A stretch of 62,417 nucleotides of DNA, the filler included, from Rhabdomonas costata (taxonomy: Eukaryota), in assembly GCA_019059605.1 (NCBI GenBank). It is 22 parts of 22 records of this genome, joined end to end, with 100 filler letters (N's around TTAATTAATTAA, not from the genome) between each part and the next. Parts side by side here need not be neighbours in the genome. Positions count along the whole stretch, not along the records: positions 34,159 to 36,893 come from JAHMHO010002203.1; positions 36,994 to 39,729 come from JAHMHO010002204.1; positions 39,830 to 42,581 come from JAHMHO010002205.1; positions 42,682 to 45,415 come from JAHMHO010002206.1; positions 45,516 to 48,249 come from JAHMHO010002207.1; 17 more parts are not named here. The stretch is one strand, 5' to 3'. The position numbers were made by a program, and so were the translations under genes. The notes below the pieces were generated by a model. It saw only the letters and a program-made list of their open reading frames with translations. It had not been told where the DNA came from and ran no database searches. Below are positions 35,266-46,280 of this stretch, in pieces (position 1 is the first letter of the stretch; the number at the start of each line of letters is the position of its first letter).

Positions 35266-36893
35266 CGCCTTGATGGCCTCCTCCAGAGCCTCCAGGGCCT
35301 CAAAGCCCTTCTGCACCTGAGCCTCAGAAAGCTTCCCCAGGGGCATCTTCTTGGTGTCAATGTTCATGGCCTGCATGGACTCCTTGAACATGTCCTCGCT
35401 AAACACCAGCTCCAGGAAGGCCTTCAGCGACGACTCCAGCTGGCACGGCCGGTACTTCACCTGTGCCCCCCATTCGAAGGACACAGAAGACCAAAGCAAC
35501 CGATGCCAACGTGAGCATACAAACTCTCACCAATTCTTCAACGAAGGTGACAAAAAAACAGGCAACAAAGCCATACACTTGCCTCATTGTTGTCATTCTC
35601 AACCTCACCCAAGACTCCACCCGTACGAACGTTGAACATGTCAGCAAAATATATTATTTCACACTATACGCACCGCGTAAGCAAAACCATGACTCCCCAA
35701 AAAATCTGTGTTTGTGCAGACAACAAAGAACCGGAGGGTGGGGAGGGTGGGGGGACGCGCCGGCGTCGTGGAGGCTGCAGCCTGAGGTGGGGCCTCGTCA
35801 GGGTCCTCGTGCTGCACCTCCAGCAGGTCGTACTTCCCGGGGTGCTTCACGAAGTTGGCGCGGTCATCCCATTTGTTCTTCGTTTTGTCTGTTGGGAAGT
35901 GGTGGGGTGGGGACATCGAACTGCAACGTGTTCTGGGCGCCCCCATACTATCGCTTTATCACCCCACTTTCCAGAGCACTGCATGCCCATAACTACGATG
36001 GCACCTGGGCGCGAGTAAAAAGAGGGAGAGGGACACTCCAAGTGGGGCGATTTACATTCTCAGCTATCAGCCTCAGCTTCATTGCTGAAGCGATGGAAAG
36101 GAGAACGCAACAAAGAGGGCTGGATGGGAGTTGGGGAGTTGCTGGATCAGTTAAGAGAGGAATTATAGGTATGCAAAGGATAATTCCGTCTTTGGAGAGT
36201 CGGGTGGAACGAATTCCTCCTCCCGAACTCCCCATCGGGGCAGGGCTATGCAGAAGTGTTTACAGCCAGTCATTCCGCAGGGGAGGAGTGTGAGAGAAAA
36301 TATGCCAAACGTCAAATAGTGGTCAGCGATAGCCACAAATCAACACATGTTTGACCACACTTCGCAGGAGAGGAAAAATGAGAAGAGCAGGGAAGCTTGT
36401 GTGATTGTCTGTTGTGACGTGCGGCACGCGGAGACGCGGAGAGACCGAAGAACTGCGCCGCACATACCCCGAAACTTTCCGTCAAAGTTCTTCTTGCCGT
36501 CTTCCAGGCTAGAGCAGTTCATGAGCTGATTCTGGCCCGGCTCGCCCACACGACCCCACCGAGTCCAAAGGAAGAACTTCGCTCCTGGACAGTGGAGCAA
36601 AAGGCGAAGGACTGGAGGGTCGTCCGGGCGCTAAACATCGCAGGAACGATACCACACCAGTACCGCACGAGTTCAACCCCCGAGTTGCTCTGCACAGAAG
36701 AACGCACTTCACAATCTGTGTTCTCAAAAATCTATGTGGGAGGGACATCTTAACCCCTGCCAAAAAAAAAGGAGGAGAGCTTGGCCGTACCGGACTGCAG
36801 AAGCTGGATATTGTAGTACTTGTTGTTGTTCTGGCCGACGTTGGTCTGGTTCAGGGTGGCGTCCCAGAAGCAGCCGTCGGCCTCCACCAAACC
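35266..36893 (-). CDS. Poly(ADP-ribose) polymerase, PARP2/3-like, WGR plus regulatory domain exons (36791-36893, 36468-36584, 35761-35888, 35266-35460)
   Basis: WDATLNQTNVGQNNNKYYNIQLL, FFLWTRWGRVGE, FDGKFRDKTKNKWDDRANFVKHPGKYDLLE (WGR domain); MNIDTKKMPLGKLSEAQVQKGFEAL (PARP regulatory domain). Confidence 0.95.
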
Positions 36894-36993
36894 NNNNNNN
36901 NNNNNNNNNNNNNNNNNNNNNNNNNNNNNNNNNNNNNTTAATTAATTAANNNNNNNNNNNNNNNNNNNNNNNNNNNNNNNNNNNNNNNNNNNN

Positions 36994-37037
36994 GGGTTTG
37001 GTGTGAAACGCAGTCTCCTGCGCTTCACTCCAAACCC
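36994..37037. terminator. Imperfect palindrome just downstream of the tRNA (terminator or Rickettsia-palindromic-element-like hairpin)
   Basis: GGGTTTGG-T-GTGAA-A-CGCAG tctc CTGCG-C-TTCAC-T-CCAAACCC, a stem of about 20 bp. It is truncated by the contig edge. Confidence 0.55.
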
Positions 37038-37041
37038 ATTT

Positions 37042-37118
37042 TGGCGCACCCGAGATGAGTCGAACCCCTAACCTTATGATCCGTAGTCATATACTCAATG
37101 CAATTGAGCTACGGGTGC
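37042..37118 (-). tRNA. trnR-ACG: Bacterial-type tRNA-Arg(ACG) with encoded CCA, possibly degenerate
   Basis: Reverse complement GCACCCGTAGCTCAATTGCATTGAGTATATGACT-ACG-GATCATAAGGTTAGGGGTTCGACTCATCTCGGGTGCGCCA (77 nt). The acceptor and anticodon stems pair. The D-loop GG is lost and the T stem has a G-A mismatch. Confidence 0.88.
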
Positions 37119-37124
37119 ACTATA

Positions 37125-37159
37125 GTAAGTTATGTATGACTAAATAGCCAATCTGTCAA
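37125..37159 (-). promoter_or_regulatory. Putative sigma70 promoter for the tRNA
   Basis: A perfect TTGACA on the minus strand at 37154-37159, with an AT-rich -10-like TACATAAC about 17 nt downstream, just before the tRNA 5' end. Confidence 0.5.
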
Positions 37160-37169
37160 GATTATAGGA

Positions 37170-37606
37170 CTAATGAATCTCCACCCAATTATCCCCGGTC
37201 TTTGTCTCCACTATAGTAGGCACGCTTAAAGGTAATGATTTCTCCATAGCCAATTTTATCATAGGTGAGACTATATCAGCTTCATCTAAAGGTACTTCGA
37301 ATAAAAGTTCGTCATGAATTTGAAGAATAAGTTTAGTCTTTAATTGTTGCTGGCTTAGCTTCTTATCAAGGCTAGTCATAGCAATTTTTATTATATCTGC
37401 ATTGGTACCTTGAATAGGAGCATTGATAGCAGCCCTCTCAGCAAATTGCCGCAAATTATAATTTTTATCATTAATGGATGGTACAAAACATTTTCTCCCA
37501 AACAAATTTTTAACATATCCATGTTCCCTAGCGTAGCTTTTAGTGCGCTCCATATATTCCAAAATACCTGGATACTCTTCAAAGTATTTTTTTTAATATA
37601 TTCAGC
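37170..37606 (-). pseudogene. polA: C-terminal fragment of bacterial DNA polymerase I, Rickettsiaceae-like
   Basis: [36 protein letters not shown]...[22 protein letters not shown]...[13 protein letters not shown]...[10 protein letters not shown]-rich and intronless, 5'-truncated, with a frameshift in an A8 run at 37587-37594. Confidence 0.9.
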
Positions 37607-39729
37607 TCTTCTTTTTCATCAGGTCCGTCAGGTTGGCTTCCACTGTGGAGTAGTCCTCCACGAACCTCTGGTAAAAGCCACACAGTCATAAGAAGCTTTT
37701 AACATCCGTCGGGTTCTTTAGCTGCGGCCACTTATATATCGCCATTGAGCTTTCTCGGCTGTGGCCTGATTCCATTCCTTCCAACAATGAAACCACAGTA
37801 CTCTACCTCAGACTGAGCAAACACGCATTTATCCGGATTTGCATATAGCTTTTCTTTATCCAACCTCTGGTATAGCACTCGCAACGCCTCGACGTGCGCT
37901 TCTAACGTGTCCGTGTGTACCAATATATCATTCACGTACGCCCCCGTCGTCTCCCAAAGGTCTTCCAGAATGAAATCCATCGTCCGTTGAAATGTATCTG
38001 TGGCGTGACACAATACAAACGGCATCACCAAAACCCGGTAAGCTCCGTACTTTGTCTTAAATGCCGTCTGATCCACGTGGTCTGGATGTATCCTCATCTG
38101 GTGAAATCCTGCGTGCAAGTCTAACTTCAAAAACCACTTAGCTTTCCCTGCGTGATCAATAATCTCGTCTATCCGTGGCATGTGGTACGAATCCGTGACA
38201 GCAATTGCATTTAGCGGTTTGTAGTCCACACACAGTCTCAATTTACCGTTGGCTTTGGCACAAACAGCACTCCAGCTCCGTAAGGAGAGGTTTCTGGCTC
38301 TATGAAACCTAGCTTCCTCAGCTCCTCATCTTCAGCTGGTGACAAGGAAACTGGGGCTGCTCGGGGGGCTTGTCGCTGGCATGTCCGCTGTCTCGCTCCG
38401 CATCCAACATGCCCGCAGTTGGACAAGTGATGCGGAAGGAATCTATAGCTGGTAACGCCTGAATCTCATATATCCGTCTGCTTCTCCATACTTTAACGAA
38501 ACGGCGTTTCCAATCAATCTGGTGTTGTAGCCTAGTCAATAACGGGTATCCTAGTACCACTGGGATCGCCGTCTTTATCACTCTCAAGAATAGCTTTACC
38601 GGAATTGTACCCAACATTCCCACGATCTTCACGAAATGAGTCACAGGAAGGCCTTCCCCATTGTCCACTCTCACTGTGAGCTTCTGCTGAAGCGGGTACA
38701 GCTGTAGCCTCAAACGCTGCACCACATCTTCACTTATAAAGGAGTCCGACGCTCCTGAGTCCAACAGAGCTCTCACTTGGATATTCCAAATTCACAACGG
38801 CAGAAACAATAGCGGATGAGGGGTGGATGGTCGGGTGGAGTCCCGACGAACCCATTCACTTCCTTGCCCACTTTTTGGAAGGGCAGCACGAAAAGCGGTA
38901 CCGGGCAACTTTCCTTGCCGCGACGGATGCTGTTGACGGCTACCTCCTGCCGTTATTCTAACCACTCTTCCAATGAAGCATTCTCTGAAATCTCTTCTGT
39001 CACAACATTCCATTAACAAATCAACGCTTTATCTTGGGTACAAGAATCACTCGAGAACTTACCTTTGGAATGGCCATCCTTCCACTCCGTTATCACGAAC
39101 AACACTGGACCTTCTCCTGATTCTCGGACCTTTTTCTCGCTTTCTGAAAACTCAGAGGATGTGCTTTGCAACAAAGGTTCCCGTAACCTTTTCCTGGTCT
39201 TAATCAACGCAGGGTTCTCTTCCTTGGTGAAATTTGTTTTCGCTAGGGGAGACTATGCCTCCGTCGATGGACTGAGCGGTCTTCTAATGCCTTTCTCTTC
39301 AACAGGGAGCACATTCATAGCCGATCTATATCATTTCTTCAACTTTGGCTCATACTCTTGACCTTTAGCTCCACTTTTCAAGGTCTTTAGCCTGGCTTGC
39401 ACAACTGCGGGCAACGTCTCTGCCTTTCCAACTGCGAGACCAGAACTCTTTGCAAGCGCTAACTGCGACGTGGTCATCCCCCCCTTGACTGGGGTGGGTT
39501 GGCTTTCACTTCTTTCCTCAGAAGCTCTTTTGAGGATGCGGCTGGGAACTTTAGCTGTGGCGGGCCCAATTGGTTGGACAGGAGAGGTCAGGCTTCCTGC
39601 CCCATCTATTTTGGGAACTCCACTTTCCTTGGTTGTTCTCCAGCCACTGCGGTCACTTGTCTCCGGTTTTACAGTTCCTTTTTAGCCAGTTTACAATCTC
39701 TGTAAACGTGTGCGTGGCTCCCCCACCCC
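37607..39729 (-). mobile_element. Decayed Ty3/gypsy LTR retrotransposon (gag-like region, aspartic protease ~38318-38800, reverse transcriptase ~37610-38310)
   Basis: Protease RALLDSGASDSFISE. RT motifs SPYGAGVLFVPK, LRLCVDYKPLN, DSYHMPRIDE, KLDLHAGFHQMRI, TAFKTKYG, VMPF, and YVND in place of YVDD. Frameshifts are present; no RNase H or integrase follows. Confidence 0.92.
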
Positions 39730-40086
39730 NNNNNNNNNNNNNNNNNNNNNNNNNNNNNNNNNNNNNNNNNNNNTTAATTAATTAANNNNNNNNNNNNNNN
39801 NNNNNNNNNNNNNNNNNNNNNNNNNNNNNTGTACCACGAGTACTTGACACGGAGACAATACGGAGACACGGAGACAAATTTGGCGCTGGGGATTTGGCGC
39901 TGGCCCATTACGGGGACCCGGCTCCCAAAATGTACTTGTGCAGGGGAAGTCCCATAATACCCGAACACCAATTGTTCTGGTTATATGGTGCACACCTATC
40001 CGCCGGCAGCTCGTCTCCACGGAGAAATGTGCGTTGTACACCCAATGATTTCTCTTTTTTTCTTCACCTTTTCATCCCTATCAAAG

Positions 40087-42233
40087 GGCCTGGCGATCGT
40101 GCGCCAGCTTGTGACCATCATGGGGGGCACGCTGAAGGTGGTCTCGGTTGAGGGCGAGGGCTCGACGTTCTCGTTCTCGCTGTTTCTCGAGGCCCACTCT
40201 ACAGACCAGGGCCACGCCGGCACGGCTCCGCAGGACGCCGTGGTGCTGGGCTCGAATTTGGGCCTGAACGTTCTGGTTCTTCATTTTTTGTTCCATTTTT
40301 ATATTCAGAGTTGGTGAATGGCTGTCTCAGAGCTTCACTACATCTTACTTTTTGTATGACATTCCACCCCTGCAAGTTTGGGTTCACTGATTATCCTTTG
40401 CTTTTGCATTGCTTTTTTTGGGTGGCGTGAAAAAGAAAATGTCTATCAAAGCCTTCTGCCTTTTTCTGGCGTCTCTGCACGGAAACGGCGTTTCCCGATT
40501 TTGCTGTCAACCTTTCCTTCCCGCATTCCAACAATCATCATCCCTTCGTTTCATTGCCATTCAGTTAAAGCGTTATGAACTTTTCACAAGAGGATCACCA
40601 GATTCAAAATCCTTTTGCCCTCTGGCAGCGATAATGTCCCCACAGGGACACGCTTCCCTGGCTCACAAAAAGGGCCGCCGCAAAACCGACCGACACCTAG
40701 AAACAAACAGTTTCGCAGTAGCAAATGCTCACCAGTTCGCGGAAGAAAAGAACTGATAGACCTAGAAACAGAAGAGAAGCGGCTTCGTGTGCACGTGTGT
40801 GTGTGTGGGGTTACTAAATCTGAAAATGGGTTTTTATCTTTGTCTTTGGTGAGCGACCTTGACTCTCGTTTGCAAGTTTAGGGCCGAAGCGGTTGGATGT
40901 GGGAAGCTGTCTTCGGTGGTGAGATGTCAGGTTCACTAGTTGTAAGCGGTCGCGTCTCCAAAGTCAGCAAAGGATAAAATATAGAAGCAAAGGAAACAAT
41001 GAAACAAGCACACAAGCAAATGGTTCCAGTGATTACAAACAATTAACAGTTAAGATGCGTTTTATACGGAATTTGGTAGTGGAGTAATAGTGCACCATGG
41101 CGGACCTCCTCCTGAACAATCAAACGTTGGAAAAGAAAATCCGGCTGAGAATCGTGTCTTCGCGCGCGCAGGTGGTTGATGACAACGACATCAATCGGGC
41201 AGTGGCGCGTAACTTCGCCACGAAGTTGGGCTGTGCCGTGGAATTTGCTGTGGACGGGTTGCAAGCCGTGCGCTTCTTTGACGCGGTGTGTTTCCCTACT
41301 TTTCCTAGGTAGTGGTGAAATACTGAATTGTATGCGTTATACTCGAAAACGGTAAGAAAAAAGTTGTGCCAGCACCGAAACGAATTTGTTTTAGGGAAGC
41401 GATGTTAAGTAAACTGTTCCGGTGATGAGAAAAATCGCGGACACGGGACGTGATTCGTGATTTACCAACGGGGTACCAACAAACAGGTTGTACTTCCAAG
41501 CATCGCCCCTGCCTGGGGATAGGAGAAGCAATCAAAGAACAGGTAAACACAATAAGTATTTTTCGATGGCACCCCAAAACGCCTGGATCGCATTTTGGTG
41601 GATAGGACGGCATTTGTTTGGGGCGAAGACCAAGTTCAGGCTAAGCAACATCTCAGAGCCTGATGGTTGGTGAAAGCCTTGGCCAATACACAAAAGGGAG
41701 CTTTTCAGGACACGGTGCGTTCAGGACGCTTTGACGCGGATGATGTATTTGCTATAGTAATAGCCGTATATTTGGAGCGGTAGTATAGAGACTGGTTTGC
41801 CCGAGTCTCGCCAGGGTGTTGTTCTTTAAGCAACCCTCTTCCAGTGAACGCATAAGGTGGGATCCCACTCGGGGAATGGACTGCATCTCCGGAAAGGGAG
41901 ATGCTCTTTTCGTGATGCGAAAGCATCTCTTCTCTGCGCAGTCGATTTGCTTTCTTTTCTTTTCTTTTCTTTTCTTTTCTTTTCTTTTCTTTTCTTTTCT
42001 TTTCTTTTCTTTTCTTTTCTTTTCTTTTCTTTTCTTTCTTTTCTTTTCGAAAGGAGCGATCGGCGGTGACCAGTGAGGAAGCTCTAAATTCCATGGGCTC
42101 AGGCAGTCCGCTGCAGTCGGATCCTTGCTCTGTACTATTCACGGGAAGCTCGCTAAGCCCGTGCACGCGGGGCGCGCCCAGCTCCTCACCTCGGGCATTC
42201 CCCTGCACGTCGGTTGACATAGTCTTCATGGAC
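40087..42233 (+). CDS. Hybrid sensor histidine kinase: end of the HATPase domain plus receiver domain (exons 40087-40275, 41172-41267, 42054-42233)
   Basis: [32 protein letters not shown] (G2 box), [43 protein letters not shown] (phospho-acceptor Asp). GT-AG introns. Confidence 0.92.
41950..42048. repeat. (TTTTC)n pentanucleotide microsatellite forming an intron polypyrimidine tract
   Basis: About 19 units immediately before the AG acceptor at 42052-42053. Confidence 0.95.
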
Positions 42234-43070
42234 GTATGCGGATGTCACCTTATCCCTCAACTTTGGTCGAGCGCCTTCTTTTCTAGTTAGCTTCCTTCCC
42301 TTTGATAGGCGGGCAAAATAGACTTAAGCCCAGAGGAATATTGCTTTGATTACGACAGTACTCCGAGGTCAGACGAAACGTAATGTAGTGTACGGTTTAT
42401 TACGAGAAAAACGGGAAAATGTCCGTGTATGTGTGTCTGTGTGTGTAGACTTTTTTGCGCTTTTTTTTCCCGCGAAGGAGTCGGCGTTTCAAGCCTCCGT
42501 AGGGCCTTCAAGCCCAGTTTTGTTGGGGTGGGCTATCCGATGGAAAAATTCCGGGGCAAAAATGTCTACACACACAAACACNNNNNNNNNNNNNNNNNNN
42601 NNNNNNNNNNNNNNNNNNNNNNNNNTTAATTAATTAANNNNNNNNNNNNNNNNNNNNNNNNNNNNNNNNNNNNNNNNNNNNGTGGTGGGTGTGGTTGGGG
42701 TTGTTGGGAAAGCATCAGCGTGATGCGTATTTGTTGTCCAATTGTTTCAGTTTACTTTAAAATGATAACTAGATTTCGTGTTGGTCGGGAGAAATTTCCC
42801 GATCCAAACAACACCTTTCTTCATTGGAAATGATCGGATGGGGTGGCGGAGGTTCAAGATCAAATCAGGTCGAACAGTTCACATCCTACTGTCTCTCCAG
42901 ATCTGAAAAAACCCTGCCCTGGTATGTTCTGGAGACTGGAAAATGTACCCTGTGTGCTGGAGAGGGATGCGAACACTTTGAAGTGCAATGAAGGCTGGAT
43001 TTTTTTTGGCACTCCACAGCTTACTTTGCATGCCTTTTTCTCTTTTCTTGCTTCGTTTGTGTCACTTGCC

Positions 43071-45415
43071 ATGGGCTCGAACAGCTTCAAAGCCGCGCCT
43101 GGGCGGGTTCAGCTTTCTCCTACACAAGTGGGCGGAACCCTTTTGATAGCGCCTTCCATTCACGATCATGTCGCCGGTGGAATCACTGGGAATTTGCTGG
43201 ATACCGCCATGGAGGGTGATGGTTCTCGGCTCGATATACTTGCTGTTCCCCCTTCGATTTGCAAGCCTGACTCCTCTCGCTGCGGTGAATGTGTGTATCG
43301 CATTCCATCAGAGGAAGGAAAACATTCCCTTGGTTCAGACTTAGTACCTACTGAGCTTCCTTTCAGCAATTTGGATGGCTCATTGCCGGGCCAAGTTCCC
43401 CCTGAAGAATGCCCCAGTGAGATTGGCGATGAAGCTCGACTTGGGGCGCTCATCAAGCGTGGTGACGTGAATGGGCTGCGACTGTATCTTTCTATGGAGC
43501 GACCGTCTCCCGATCAGCTGCGAAAGGAGCCGTACGCCTCGATGCTGTACTTTGCCTCACGGCATGGCTGCGTGGAGCTGATGACAGTGGCCTTTGAGTG
43601 GTGCGGGTGGGAATGCTTGGATTGGGCTGGTCCCCTTTCTGGAAACCGTGCTTTACATACCGCCGCGGGTCATGGGCACCTGAAAGCTCTGGTTTGGCTT
43701 CTAGTGCGTCATGGTGACCGTGACCGTTGCTTGAATGTACGAAAGTTGAAGAACAAAGTCGGTGAATCTCCGGTGGATGTGTGCATGCGACTTTCCAGTG
43801 TCCACCCGGAATGCCTCCAGGTGCTCGAAACGTTCCTGGCTTCGGAATCTGGATTAGTGGATAGCGTACCACTCCGCGAAACTGCAGCATCAGCTGGTTT
43901 CTACCATCCGAAGTTCACTCGTTGCTCCACTTCGAGTCCGTTCATCGGAGATCGGTTTCGTATGGTCACCTTTGACGACATTTCAGTCGACCATCTTCTC
44001 GACGGCATTCGACAAGAAGGGTCGACTTTTTTGTCAATCATCCCCGCTTATTCGGAATGGAATAAAATTCGGCAAACGCTTCTGTGCGACGACGGTGCTA
44101 AGCGCAACCCATGGGCCCGCCATCCTACGCCGGAGTAGATTGAGGCGCGCCTGAAGGAGGCCTACTTAAATGGTAGTGAGGAGGAGCTCTACAACGCCGC
44201 TATCCAGGTGTTCACGCTGGAGTCCTTTGTGTCCCGTTCTGTCAATGCTGCTCTGTGTAGCAGCAGCGACGCCGAGGCTAGGTTTCATTTGAGGCCCTAT
44301 GTGTGGCTGCTGCACAGTGCGGTGCGGCGGCTGACGGAAACAATGCCGCACAGAGGGCCGTGCTACTGCTCATTTTCCCTGAGCGCTGAGCTGCAGGGAA
44401 AGTATGCTCCACAGCAAGACGAGCGGCGCAACTTGATATCCATGGAAGGGCTGCTGCTATGCACAGCCTCGGCGGAGAAGGCGGTGCTCAGGCTGCAGTT
44501 GTTGCAGCACAACACTCTGCTGCTGATCAAACCAGGAAATGCGAACGATCCGCGGTGTTGTGGGGCGAAAATTTCGCATATATCGGCGTATCCCAACGAA
44601 GAGGAGGTGCTGTTTTGTTCAGGGCAGCACTTTCGACTGAAAGGCGTTGAGATAATGACGTTTTCCAAAGCTTGTAGTCGTTTGTGCGTGCTCGGAGGAT
44701 GCTGTGATGAGGTTCAGCAGGTCTGCGTTGTTGAACTTGAAGCAGTGGATGAGTTTTGGAGATTTGCCCCTGACCTGTTTGTTGATGATGGGAATACTCA
44801 GGATATTGTTCAACTTTTAGAAAGTCGTCTGGCGGCCGACATCCGGATGCACAGAGATTGTTACTCTGAAGTTGCGAGAGTTCAGGATACCATGGCGAGA
44901 ATTCTGGAAAGTAAAGGAATGCTGGCCGAGGCGGAGGTCCTGTTCACAGAGTCTCTAAAGATACGAAAGCAGCATTTGGGCGAAGAGCACCCTGAGGTTG
45001 CCGTCAGCATGAGTAATCTTGCTGACGTGCACCGCGTTCAGGGAAGATACTCAGCTGCTGGACCTTTGTATGAGGAGTCATTAAGGATTTTCAACCAAAG
45101 CCGTATTGGTGACCAATCTAAGCGTGCTGCTACGATGTGTAACTTGGCAACTCTGTATCGCAACCAGGGTAAGTTTTCGGCTGCTGAGCCATTATTTCAG
45201 GAGGCACTAAGAGTCCGAAAACAAGAGCTCGGAAGTAATCATCCAGAGGTGGCTGTCGTTTTGAGCAGTCTTGCGGGACTCTACCGAGACCAGCAAAAGT
45301 ACTCGGCAGCGGAGCTTCTGTATGAGGAGTGCTTGAAAATCCGGAGGCTGCATTGCGGCCGTGACCATCCCTCCGTGGTTAGTTGTATGAACAATCTTGC
45401 GCTGGTGTACCGGGC
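43071..45415 (+). CDS. Ankyrin repeat + ARTC-type ADP-ribosyltransferase-like domain + TPR (kinesin-light-chain type) protein, with one in-frame TAG at 44136-44138; 3'-truncated
   Basis: Ankyrin: MLYFASRHGCVELM, GNRALHTAAGHGHLKALVWLL, KNKVGESPVD. ART: FTLESFVSRSVNAAL, ISHISAYPNEEEVLF. TPR: ESLKIRKQHLGEEHPEVAVSMSNLA, about five 42-aa units. ORFs 42843-44138 and 44208-45415 share one frame. Confidence 0.85.
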
Positions 45416-46060
45416 NNNNNNNNNNNNNNNNNNNNNNNNNNNNNNNNNNNNNNNNNNNNTTAATTAATTAANNNNNNNNNNNNNNNNNNNNNNNNNNNNN
45501 NNNNNNNNNNNNNNNCCACTCCCAGACCGGACCGTACCAGACCGGAGACCTGACATTGACCTCAGAACTCGAGCTAGAGTGACGGGTTGGAGCTCATATT
45601 TGGTGGTAAGGTAGTACTCCTGAGATGAGTTGGTTGGCCGCTTCCCACCCTCGGACTCCTTCTCTACGCCGAGATATGGCCCCTTCAAGGTCCCATTTTG
45701 GAACTTTTAAGGGCATTTTCGACTTCGCAAATTTTCATGGTCCCGGGGTGCGCTTTTCGGACCTTTGCAGGCCTGCGTACTGAGCCTAAGCTTTCGGCCG
45801 GGCCTGCTTAGCATACCTAAGGGTAGAGCCCAGGAGTACTTCATGCTGGCACCGGAGTGGGCTGGAATGCTTCGGTTTAGAGCCACGCTAGAGGCCATTT
45901 CAGGGCCATTTTGGGGTATTTTTGAGCCCTTTTTGCCTTTACACAGGCTTGCAAGGGCCCTTTTTGGCCCTTTGCAGGCCTGCATACTGATAAGAGAAAG
46001 AACTGTAGGCTGGCGCACCGTCCGCCCACCTGCACGCCGGTGTGCCAGCAGCGATTTTTG

Positions 46061-46092
<32 letters not shown>

Positions 46093-46280
46093 GCTTAAGT
46101 GCATCAAAGAGGTGTAGGAGAAAAAAGAGTCTTCTTTGCTCTTGTCTCATTTGTGGGGAAGGGGAGGCGCGAGGTTTACCATTGTGGGCTTCAAAGAACC
46201 AAAGAACCGACAGAAACTCTCCTGTGAAACGGTCAATAAAAGCTTTCTGTTCCAAACAGAGGAGTGGCGTGCACAAACAC

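Noticed and set aside
37170-38241. An RT-DNA polymerase I fusion gene, or a retron/tRNA-primed system
   Set aside because: The RT has YVND instead of YVDD and is frameshifted, polA is only a C-terminal fragment, and there is no continuous frame. The tRNA sits in its bacterial context, not at a primer-binding site.
41705-42229. Lys/Arg/Glu-rich protein (KEKKR repeats)
   Set aside because: It is the antisense translation of the intronic (TTTTC)n tract.
44136-44138. Alternative nuclear genetic code (TAG as a sense codon)
   Set aside because: This is a single instance. Conserved genes here (SmD2, EF-Tu, PARP, the phosphate transporter) translate without internal stops in the standard code.
35266-45415. 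PARP, polA, reverse transcriptase, histidine kinase and ART-TPR as a clustered NAD/defence system
   Set aside because: They lie on separate contigs that appear to be ordered by length, so the adjacency is artificial.
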